A stretch of 34,278 nucleotides of DNA from a virus (Duplodnaviria > Caudoviricetes). Of the stretch, positions 26,122 to 33,647 are shown piece after piece. The number at the start of each line of letters is the position of its first letter. Within the stretch, counting starts at the first letter, position 1. Both the position numbers and the translations under genes were made by a program. Location of the stretch: the IMG/VR virus record IMGVR_UViG_3300010354_000288, positions 1 through 34,278 of that record. One strand, 5' to 3'. The notes under the pieces are model-generated. The model made no database searches. It saw nothing but the letters and a program-made list of their open reading frames with translations, and had not been told where the DNA came from.

Positions 26122-27390
26122 ATGGCTATTAACTACGCAAATCTTTTTGGTGACTTAGGTGATATTTATAACACCATAGAAGATATAGAAACATTTGGCG
26201 CAACGATGCTTTCTAATAAAGCAACAGTTATCGCGCAACTTACTGCATCAGGTGAAACTGATCTCATCACACAAGCCAATTCAACCTTTGATACCGCGAT
26301 CTCTTCTATCAACACCATGCTTTCAAACATGGTCAACTTATCGCGTCGAAGACTGGTCAGCAAAGCCAGCATTTTGGAGCAACTGCCATCACTTACATCA
26401 AACGACTACAACAACGTGATGTACGAACTAATTGATGACATGGTTGCAAACTCACAGACGATAAAAAAATCTACAGTTACTATTGGCGCAATTACAAAGA
26501 CAGCGACAAATGCTAACTCTGGTAGCCTAATTGTGACGAAAAAACTTCCCGGTAACACTTCTCCCGGTGAAGGAATGTATGCGCATCCTGATATGACAGG
26601 TCAAGATTCTCAACTTACTTTGACTGATAGTTTTGTTGTAACTGTTTCCAATGACAATCAGGCAAGTGGTGGTGGTGGTGAAACATTTCAGATCACCAGT
26701 TTGCCTGCTGCTGCTGGGCCATTTACTGTGCAAGGTGGTGGTAACAGGGGTGTTAGCACCTTTTCACCAACCAAACAGCGAAGCATTATCAGCAACTTCT
26801 TCTCATCTTTTAGTGGAACTGTTCCATCGGGATGGACTGCGCTGGATGCAAATGACTATGCAGTAGAAACATCTGTCGTTATGTTCGCCGGTACAAATTG
26901 TTTGAAGATTATTTCAGCCGGTACTCTCAGCTACGACTTCAGCACAGCAGTAAGACCGGGACAAATGTTGTGCTTATCCTTCTATCTCAGAAAAGTTGTT
27001 GGTGAGACTGGTAGTATAAACGTCAAGGTCTACATCAATGGTTCAGCAGTTGTAAACCAGACAATTGTTACTGGCTCAGTATCTAGTTCAGCGTGGACTC
27101 TATTCAACTATGATGTCGCTGTCACCAAGGAGACTGGAACCTGTTATATCGAGATCATCTCAACATCAATTACAAACGGTTACTACATCGACAACGGCGC
27201 CTTGAGTCCTTATCACCATCATGCTGGGCTTGGGTTCGCAGTTACAAGAGGAACCGAAGTCTTTGTCAAAGGCGACGATTTCAGGTTCACAACAACAAAC
27301 GACAACGCTGGTAAGCAGCAACGATTGTTATCCAGAATTGTTGGTTTCCAGCCACCAACAGCCAATACTGGTACTATCGCAGAACCCTAG
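26122..27390 (+). CDS. putative structural protein with a C-terminal carbohydrate-binding-like beta-sandwich, encoded opposite the morphogenesis module
   Basis: GGGAGA RBS before the ATG at 26122; helical N-terminus; Thr/Ser/Gly-rich C-terminus with VPSGW, LSFYLR and YYIDN CBM-like patterns. Confidence 0.6.
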   Translation: MAINYANLFGDLGDIYNTIEDIETFGATMLSNKATVIAQLTASGETDLITQANSTFDTAISSINTMLSNMVNLSRRRLVSKASILEQLPSLTSNDYNNVMYELIDDMVANSQTIKKSTVTIGAITKTATNANSGSLIVTKKLPGNTSPGEGMYAHPDMTGQDSQLTLTDSFVVTVSNDNQASGGGGETFQITSLPAAAGPFTVQGGGNRGVSTFSPTKQRSIISNFFSSFSGTVPSGWTALDANDYAVETSVVMFAGTNCLKIISAGTLSYDFSTAVRPGQMLCLSFYLRKVVGETGSINVKVYINGSAVVNQTIVTGSVSSSAWTLFNYDVAVTKETGTCYIEIISTSITNGYYIDNGALSPYHHHAGLGFAVTRGTEVFVKGDDFRFTTTNDNAGKQQRLLSRIVGFQPPTANTGTIAEP

Positions 27391-28928
27391 TAGAGGGGGT
27401 GTGATGGTTTATATGTACCGGGCAAGTCATGGTAATCAACAGATACCGTGTTGCTATAGCTCTCAGGCTTAGTAAGTACATTATGCCATTTCACATAGTT
27501 GCAAGCTCTGGATAGCGTATCCACGATGTCATCCGTTTCATTCGGATAACCTTGCCATGTAAATATCTCATTCTCGGCTGTCTTGCCCCAGTCCGAGTAT
27601 TGAGGAAACCAGATTCTGCCATTTTTCATTTGGATGATCGCTACAGTTGCGTCACGTAACTTATCTGTATCCTTGAATACACCTTCTACAACCATACCCA
27701 AACGATTGGCATATTGGACTACACCTTTACCAATGCCATTTTCTTCAATGATGACTTTACTTGGCCTCCAGCGGTAATACTGCTCCCACATCCTATCAAT
27801 CACTTCAGGGATCTCTTCCCTGAACCGTTCCATGTGTAGCCAGAGCAGGTTGTAACATTTTGTAATTGCCCATGTACTAATTACAGTCCACGATGGGTTG
27901 TACCTTGGGTTGAAGTCAGTATCACCCGGCCCTTCTGTAAGACTGGATGCGCTATCAATCGTCTGGAACACTTCAGCAATATCACGTTGCCAGTTTAAGT
28001 GTGTGCCAGTTCTGTTTGGGCCTAAGAATAGCAAGTCACCAGATTCACTAAAGAACCTTTGATACTTCTGCTGGAATCTGGCATTAGCGACAAACCCCCA
28101 GTCACCATCTTGTAACTGCGCACGGTGTTCTTCTGTCAGATTGGAAAGTGACTCGCTGTACTCTTCCTGATTCAAGAATGGGTTGTCGTTCAGAAATGAT
28201 GGTATGAATGGTCTGGTTTTATCTTTACCAACCCATCTAACAACCTCTCTGTCATTGATAGTTTGTTTTTCAGGCTGAATCTTGAATCTGGCTTGAACCC
28301 ATCTATGACCTACACCGCCGGGGTTAGTGGTGGCTCTCATTCTGATTGGGAGCGATGCCATCATCCGGCAAACATTACAATCAGGGTCATAATCCTGTTT
28401 GTGATCAGGACAATTACACTTACGCAAACGGGAAAACAAATAAGTGTAGTCAGCTTCACTATGCTGAGTCACTTCATCAAACCCAACCATTTGCAATTCA
28501 ATACCCTGATAACGCGAATAAGCATTGGTATCGCCAATGTAACCAAATGTCAGAGATGAATCCTGTAGTCGTTTACCTTTTGAATCAAAGGTCTTGAAAT
28601 AGAACGCATGATCAGACGCAGAGTAACGAACTTCTTTGGTTCGTAAATGTGGTGTCAGCCATTCTGTAGCGCGAGAGAGAAGCGCATTGGGCAATTTAAG
28701 ATCAGCCAGCGTCTTTCTCATCAGCATACATGCGTAACCCGGAACATCGGAATACTGCAATGCTGCCATCAAGAGAGCATCTGATTTACCACCACCAGCC
28801 GCACCACCAAACAATGCCTCCTTCTGGGGGACAAGGAGAAACGCGGTTTGTTTGATGGTGGGCTTATGTGGAATGAACTTAGTCAACCGTGGTTTAAGGA
28901 ACCCGGCGATCTTGTTCAAATCTGTCAT
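27387..28928 (-). CDS. terL: terminase large subunit (Terminase_6 type)
   Basis: GGAAGGGKS Walker A, YQGIE..VGFDE Walker B, RATTNPGG coupling motif, DNPFL; RNase H-like nuclease domain with IDSA, IEENGIG and DDIVD. Confidence 0.93.
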   Translation of the reverse strand: MTDLNKIAGFLKPRLTKFIPHKPTIKQTAFLLVPQKEALFGGAAGGGKSDALLMAALQYSDVPGYACMLMRKTLADLKLPNALLSRATEWLTPHLRTKEVRYSASDHAFYFKTFDSKGKRLQDSSLTFGYIGDTNAYSRYQGIELQMVGFDEVTQHSEADYTYLFSRLRKCNCPDHKQDYDPDCNVCRMMASLPIRMRATTNPGGVGHRWVQARFKIQPEKQTINDREVVRWVGKDKTRPFIPSFLNDNPFLNQEEYSESLSNLTEEHRAQLQDGDWGFVANARFQQKYQRFFSESGDLLFLGPNRTGTHLNWQRDIAEVFQTIDSASSLTEGPGDTDFNPRYNPSWTVISTWAITKCYNLLWLHMERFREEIPEVIDRMWEQYYRWRPSKVIIEENGIGKGVVQYANRLGMVVEGVFKDTDKLRDATVAIIQMKNGRIWFPQYSDWGKTAENEIFTWQGYPNETDDIVDTLSRACNYVKWHNVLTKPESYSNTVSVDYHDLPGTYKPSHPLY

Positions 28929-29284
28929 TTCTTGGCTGCTTTGCTGGCGAATGAATTACAAATTTCTTCGTGGAGTACGGTTGCAAAATCAATGATAGCT
29001 TTTGCATCTCGTCTCACATAATTTGTATTGTCAGCAGCCTTCCTGACAATGTTTGGATTGGTTCGGATGTGATTCAGCATCGCAATTTCCAAACACTTCT
29101 CAAACTGAATTTGCAAGTCCAAACCAGCCACACCAGTTGGTTGTTTGAACTCTTGAATCTTCTTGACCTTGGAATCAAGCTCGTTGAACAGGTCAGTCAT
29201 GAACTGAACCCTAGCTTCCAACTCACTGATCTTCTCAAACAAATCTTGTTCTTCCAGAGTTGCGGATTCCTTGCTTTTAGCCAT
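28925..29284 (-). CDS. hypothetical coiled-coil protein coupled to terL (small terminase position)
   Basis: AAGGA RBS before the ATG at 29284; ATGA overlap with terL. Confidence 0.55.
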   Translation of the reverse strand: MAKSKESATLEEQDLFEKISELEARVQFMTDLFNELDSKVKKIQEFKQPTGVAGLDLQIQFEKCLEIAMLNHIRTNPNIVRKAADNTNYVRRDAKAIIDFATVLHEEICNSFASKAAKK

Positions 29285-29319
29285 AGATGTTCCTTTTGAT
29301 TGAGGATGAGATTTCTTGA

Positions 29320-29347
29320 AGTGTACCAATATACATCTTACCGTCAA
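29320..29347 (-). promoter_or_regulatory. promoter TTGACG-N16-TACACT with extended -10
   Basis: Located directly after the terminator and before the terminase operon. Confidence 0.55.
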
Positions 29348-29384
29348 TAAAAAACCCCCATCCAGACCGGAGCCTGAATGAGGG
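29348..29384 (-). terminator. Rho-independent terminator
   Basis: CCCTCATTCAGG/TCTGGATGGGGG stem (with G-U pairs) followed by T6. Confidence 0.7.
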
Positions 29385-29411
29385 TGACAGAAAGGAGCTT
29401 CCAGAATGATC

Positions 29412-29630
29412 CTACTTATCCTTTTGATGCTCGTCAATTGCTTTCAACATATCCTTGACTGTTGCATCAGCCAAATCACGCACTTCACCATGATCTGCAA
29501 TTTCGTGTAAATATCTGTATGCACTCAATTTCTGGATATTCTCTGTGTGTCGTTCCTTCCAAGCCTTCGATCCAACCTTGGTTCGATAATCAATCTCATC
29601 CAAGTGGCCCCATTTGGGTTCTTTAGGCAT
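29412..29630 (-). CDS. hypothetical protein
   Basis: 72 aa; GGAGG RBS; overlaps the MTase stop. Confidence 0.6.
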   Translation of the reverse strand: MPKEPKWGHLDEIDYRTKVGSKAWKERHTENIQKLSAYRYLHEIADHGEVRDLADATVKDMLKAIDEHQKDK

Positions 29631-30381
29631 CTATTTCCTCCAATCTCTGTTTGATCGATTCACAATAAGCCTCACTTACATCGCAAGTAATGCTATTCCT
29701 ACCAAGTTTCTTGGCAACTGCGCTGGTAGTTCCAGAGCCGCCAAATGGGTCAAATACAGTGTCATCTGCATTGGAATAGGCTCTGATAATCCTTTCCAGA
29801 TACTTTTCCGGCAATTGGTTGTCATGCAACTTCCTTCTTTCCTTGTTATTCCCTTGAATACGACCCCAACCAGAACCATCAATCTCAGGAATACCCCAGA
29901 CAGTACCCGGTAATCTCATTCCACCTCGTTCTGTTTCGTGAACCCGCTTGTCCTTGTACTTGGTTGCCCTAAGCGATGGAACAAGTACATCATCTGGGTT
30001 CCATGTTGGGCTAGAACCTTCTCTGGAAGCAACCAACAGGTGGGTTCTCGCGTCAACCCAATTGGTTCTGCGGCATTGACCAAACCCGTAGTACAGGTTC
30101 ACCCAACTTCTCAGCTTCCATCCAGAAACATCCAACCATTTCAGGTAAATCCGGCAAAGTTTATCCGGGCCATGCAAGCAGAGCGTTCCATTCCTTCTTG
30201 CATACCGCGAAACATGGCTGATTCTCTCCAATAACCACTGTTCAAACCGTGTTTCTTCCATTTTATCGTCATGTGTGTCGTACTTCCTGCCGATGTTAAA
30301 CGGTGGATCCATGAACCCAAGATGGTACTTCCCATGCCGGTAATCCAAACAATCTTCGCAATAAACCCGATGTTCTGTCAT
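29623..30381 (-). CDS. site-specific DNA methyltransferase, N6-adenine/N4-cytosine beta class
   Basis: Catalytic DPPF near the N-terminus, H.NQLPE, SAM-binding FDPFGGSGTT; GGAGG RBS before the ATG at 30381. Confidence 0.9.
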   Translation of the reverse strand: MTEHRVYCEDCLDYRHGKYHLGFMDPPFNIGRKYDTHDDKMEETRFEQWLLERISHVSRYARRNGTLCLHGPDKLCRIYLKWLDVSGWKLRSWVNLYYGFGQCRRTNWVDARTHLLVASREGSSPTWNPDDVLVPSLRATKYKDKRVHETERGGMRLPGTVWGIPEIDGSGWGRIQGNNKERRKLHDNQLPEKYLERIIRAYSNADDTVFDPFGGSGTTSAVAKKLGRNSITCDVSEAYCESIKQRLEEIDA

Positions 30382-30401
30382 TTTTCCCTCCAGAAACCTT
30401 G

Positions 30402-30431
30402 TTGACATTGACGATAGATTGATGTTAGTAT
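30402..30431 (+). promoter_or_regulatory. sigma70-like promoter TTGACA-N18-TAGTAT (TGn extended)
   Basis: Divergent intergenic region upstream of the rightward operon. Confidence 0.55.
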
Positions 30432-30469
30432 ATCTATCTACGTTTCACAACCATCATCAGGAGGTCATT

Positions 30470-30670
30470 ATGACTGTTCAACGAACCAAGCGCAACTGGA
30501 AACTTCTCACCAACGGCAAAGAACACAAGTTGGTCAAGGGCAAGGACTTCAATTCCTTCCTTTCCATGCGTACTGCCATCTACAACAAAGCCCGAGACAT
30601 CGGACTGCAAGTTACCACCCGTGTTGAAGGCAACAACCTGTTCATTCGCTTTACCAAGAAGGGAGCCTAG
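30470..30670 (+). CDS. small basic hypothetical protein, possible DNA-binding protein
   Basis: AGGAGG RBS; 66 aa. Confidence 0.65.
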   Translation: MTVQRTKRNWKLLTNGKEHKLVKGKDFNSFLSMRTAIYNKARDIGLQVTTRVEGNNLFIRFTKKGA

Positions 30671-30672
30671 TA

Positions 30673-31077
30673 ATGCAAACTTTCCTACCGCACCCTGATT
30701 ACTATCAATCCATGCTCAGTCTGGACAAATCACGACTTGGCAACCAAGTCTGGAGAGAGGGTTTAACCCTCATTCGTGGTGGCTGGCCTAATCACCCAGC
30801 ATCCAAGATGTGGAAGGGCTACGAATACCACCTCGGTCTGTACCTGTTAGCTGGTATTGCTGCTCTCAAAGTACAGCGCAACAAGCATTATGTTGAGGTG
30901 GAGAAGAAGATTCGTGCTGAGATGGAAAAGCATCCAAACAATGGGCCTCCACCGTGGCTTGGTAACGAGCAATTCCATGCCAGCCATAGAAGCAACCTGA
31001 TTCGCAAGAACCCAGATTACTATCGTTCGTTTGGCTGGACAGAACCTGACAATCTTCCCTACGTTTGGCCGGTATAG
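30673..31077 (+). CDS. pyrimidine dimer DNA glycosylase / MSMEG_6728-like protein
   Basis: MQTFLP, LD..RLG.Q, W.NHPA..MW.GY, PPWLG, H.SHRSNL.RK.P.YY and LPYVWP family motifs. Confidence 0.85.
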   Translation: MQTFLPHPDYYQSMLSLDKSRLGNQVWREGLTLIRGGWPNHPASKMWKGYEYHLGLYLLAGIAALKVQRNKHYVEVEKKIRAEMEKHPNNGPPPWLGNEQFHASHRSNLIRKNPDYYRSFGWTEPDNLPYVWPV

Positions 31078-31088
31078 GAGACAATCAC

Positions 31089-31187
31089 ATGACAGCGGAG
31101 TTCATAAACATCATGGCGCATCTAATTCTGGTCGTAATCATGCTGACATGGACAAGAATTATTTTGTTCAATCGACGGGAGAACTAA
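31089..31187 (+). CDS. 32-aa membrane peptide (MTAEFINIMAHLILVVIMLTWTRIILFNRREN)
   Basis: AGGAGA RBS; fills the gap; single hydrophobic helix; not in the ORF track. Confidence 0.55.
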   Translation: MTAEFINIMAHLILVVIMLTWTRIILFNRREN

Positions 31188-31189
31188 CG

Positions 31190-31807
31190 ATGAACGTGGA
31201 TGAGGCGATGCTGGTGGCAGCGAAGCAGGGCGGATTGCCAGAAACAGATGAATGGCACGACGAAGTGATTGATGCACTGGATGTTTTATCCTCCGAAGTC
31301 GAGCGACTGCGGGCCGAATTAGAGAAAGAAAGAATTAGGCTTGCAGCTTGTGGCGTAGTAGCTATGTCAAACACAGAAGATAGTCTCAACAAGATTTTTT
31401 CTGACATACATCCAGACTATCTTTGCGCTTCTCTTCAAGACGTTAAAACAGCAGTTTGGCGAGAGATTAAACTCCGTCTCGAAGTCAAGCGGCTACGTTC
31501 CGAACTGGCCGCTTGCCAAAATCTGTTAGACGAAACCAGAACGGAATTGTCTATTTGCGGAGCGTTCCATTCTCTTGTAAAAGAAGGATGGCAGTTGGAA
31601 GTGGAAAAGGTAAACAGGCTTGAAGCCGAACTGGCCGCAGCGAAAGCGGCGAGCGTTTGTCCTGTGAGCTGGAAATCGGCAGAGCAATTTTTCCAAAGCG
31701 GTGCAGACCGTGGCAACCAGTGGGGCGTTGAGTTGTGGTTTGAAAACAAAGAGCAGCGTGAGCAGTTTTATAAGTGGTTGGCAGACAACACCCCACCCAC
31801 AACCTAA
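31190..31807 (+). CDS. hypothetical coiled-coil protein
   Basis: GGGAG RBS; repeated EVERLR/EVKRLR/KVNRLE segments. Confidence 0.65.
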   Translation: MNVDEAMLVAAKQGGLPETDEWHDEVIDALDVLSSEVERLRAELEKERIRLAACGVVAMSNTEDSLNKIFSDIHPDYLCASLQDVKTAVWREIKLRLEVKRLRSELAACQNLLDETRTELSICGAFHSLVKEGWQLEVEKVNRLEAELAAAKAASVCPVSWKSAEQFFQSGADRGNQWGVELWFENKEQREQFYKWLADNTPPTT

Positions 31808-31824
31808 ACCGGGAGGTAACTTGA

Positions 31825-32280
31825 ATGAGCAAACTTGATGTCCATTTCAGTAGCCAGAAGATGGACTGGGAAACACCAGATGACTTGTTCCAGCAATGGA
31901 ACAACATTTATAACTTTGACTTGGATGTATGCGCTACCAAGCACAACGCCAAATGCAAGAAGTTCTACTCACCTAAGACCAATGGATTGAAACAACGCTG
32001 GCGAGGTAACTGCTGGATGAATCCACCATACGGCAGAGAACTAAAGAAGTGGGTGGAGAAAGCACATCGATCATCCATGACCGGCAAGTGCTGTGTAGTC
32101 TGTCTCATACCAGCGAGAACAGATACCAAGATGTTCCATGATTACATCTGGGACAAAGAACTAGGTAGACCGTATCCCGGCATACAAGTTCATTTTCTGA
32201 AGGGAAGAGTGAAGTTCAAAGGTGCTGAAGCATCTGCGCCATTCCCATCCATGATTGTCGTATTTGGAGAGAAGCAATGA
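31825..32280 (+). CDS. phage N6-adenine DNA methyltransferase (phage Dam family)
   Basis: W.TP..LF, FDLDVCA, WMNPPYG, LIPARTDT, FLKGRVKF and APFPS motifs; GGAGG RBS. Confidence 0.9.
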   Translation: MSKLDVHFSSQKMDWETPDDLFQQWNNIYNFDLDVCATKHNAKCKKFYSPKTNGLKQRWRGNCWMNPPYGRELKKWVEKAHRSSMTGKCCVVCLIPARTDTKMFHDYIWDKELGRPYPGIQVHFLKGRVKFKGAEASAPFPSMIVVFGEKQ

Positions 32281-32543
32281 CAACACCAACAACAGAAATG
32301 CGATTCTTGCCCAGAGGCTTGTCAGTTAGCATGTCACTTTTCCAATCTCTGGATATTATCCAGCATGATGAGAATGACACATTCTTTGATAACGTATGGA
32401 ACATGCTAAAACCGGGTGGGATATATGCTGCTCCCAACGGTTCAACACCAATGATGATCAAGAATGAAACGGACAATGGTTGGGTGCTGGTATATGACAG
32501 TAACCATCCAAAATCACATTTCTGGTCACAAATTGGCAATTAA
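32277..32543 (+). CDS. hypothetical protein
   Basis: ATGA coupling; GGAG RBS. Confidence 0.55.
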   Translation: MTTPTTEMRFLPRGLSVSMSLFQSLDIIQHDENDTFFDNVWNMLKPGGIYAAPNGSTPMMIKNETDNGWVLVYDSNHPKSHFWSQIGN

Positions 32544-32553
32544 GGACGATACA

Positions 32554-32688
32554 ATGGATGACATCACCGTAGGATTTATTCTCGGAGTGATCGCAACCAG
32601 CGCAATCTGGTTGTGGAATGGATTGGTAAATCTCATTGATCGATCACTTCGCGAATACGATGATAAACATGACAAGACGGGTTCTTAA
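32554..32688 (+). CDS. small membrane protein
   Basis: AAGGA RBS; hydrophobic helix [18 protein letters not shown]. Confidence 0.55.
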   Translation: MDDITVGFILGVIATSAIWLWNGLVNLIDRSLREYDDKHDKTGS

Positions 32689-32743
32689 TCAGCATGTGCT
32701 GATAACCGTCAAGTTGAATAAGCATGACAATGGAGAAACTATC

Positions 32744-32890
32744 ATGCCGATGAAGAAGGGTTCCAGCCAAAAAGCAATTTCCTCTAACATCAAGACGGAG
32801 ATGAAAAAGGGCAAGCCTCAGAAGCAAGCCGTTGCAATTGCCATGTCCAAGGCTGGCAAGAGCAAACCATCCATGAAGAAAGGTAAGTGA
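32744..32890 (+). CDS. small Lys-rich phage protein ([16 protein letters not shown]...KQAVAIA)
   Basis: GGAG RBS; resembles a recurrent small basic phage protein type. Confidence 0.75.
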   Translation: MPMKKGSSQKAISSNIKTEMKKGKPQKQAVAIAMSKAGKSKPSMKKGK

Positions 32891-32891
32891 C

Positions 32892-33011
32892 ATGGCTAAA
32901 GACAACGGTCGTTGTTGGACTGGTTATGAACCTGTAAAGGGCAAGAAGCCATACAGCAAGGGAAGTTGCAAGAAATCCACCAAGTCATCCGGCAGCAAGA
33001 AAGGCAAATGA
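32892..33011 (+). CDS. 39-aa Lys-rich protein (MAKDNGRCWTGYEPVKGKKPYSKGSCKKSTKSSGSKKGK)
   Basis: Read directly between its neighbours with 1-nt gaps; CW.GY...GSC motif; not in the ORF track. Confidence 0.7.
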   Translation: MAKDNGRCWTGYEPVKGKKPYSKGSCKKSTKSSGSKKGK

Positions 33012-33012
33012 C

Positions 33013-33288
33013 ATGGCTAAATCAGCAGCATGGCAGCGCAGCGAAGGTAAGAACCCCAAGGGTGGTTTGAACGAGAAAGGACGAAAGTCTTATGAACGAG
33101 AGAACCCGGGTTCCGATCTCAAGCCACCTGTCAAGAAAGAGCAAGCAGCCAAGTCACCAAAGTCTGCTGCTCGCCGCAAATCATTCTGTGCAAGGATGAA
33201 AGGGATGAAGGCCAAGAACACCAGCAGCAAGACTGCCAAAGATCCTAACTCACGGATTAACAAATCCCTCAGAGCATGGGACTGCTAG
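33013..33288 (+). CDS. basic phage protein, DUF6321-like
   Basis: AWQR.EGKNP.GGLN.KGR and RRKSFCARM...DPNSRINKSLRAWDC motifs. Confidence 0.8.
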   Translation: MAKSAAWQRSEGKNPKGGLNEKGRKSYERENPGSDLKPPVKKEQAAKSPKSAARRKSFCARMKGMKAKNTSSKTAKDPNSRINKSLRAWDC

Positions 33289-33317
33289 CTAGCTGTTAGA
33301 AGCCTAGATTTCACCAA

Positions 33318-33347
33318 GGGGCCATGGAAACATGAGTCCCTTTTTTT
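33318..33347 (+). terminator. Rho-independent terminator
   Basis: GGGGC-CATG-GAAA-CATG-A-GTCCC followed by T7. Confidence 0.8.
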
Positions 33348-33401
33348 GTTTAATCGTTATAATTTCCCCATGCCGCCCGGCATCTTCTCTGGGAGAAAAC
33401 C

Positions 33402-33647
33402 ATGTCCAAGAAGGCCGATAATGACCTTCTGTCTTTAACCAAGCAACGTGCCGTCAACAGGAAGACAACAACATCTTGGTTTGATCAGCTACCACAATCA
33501 GATCAAGATCAGATCATGGCATCCCTTGACCAAGTTCTCAAGCAGAACCTTCCAATTATCTGCCTAGCCGAGGTTATCAAAGAGAAATACAAGATTGGTT
33601 TCACGCCCGAATCCGTAGCAAGAACAATTACACGGAGGCGTAAATGA
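33402..33647 (+). CDS. hypothetical protein (possible HTH-like)
   Basis: GGGAGA RBS, upstream TATAAT at 33358-33363; ATGA coupling to the next gene. Confidence 0.6.
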   Translation: MSKKADNDLLSLTKQRAVNRKTTTSWFDQLPQSDQDQIMASLDQVLKQNLPIICLAEVIKEKYKIGFTPESVARTITRRRK

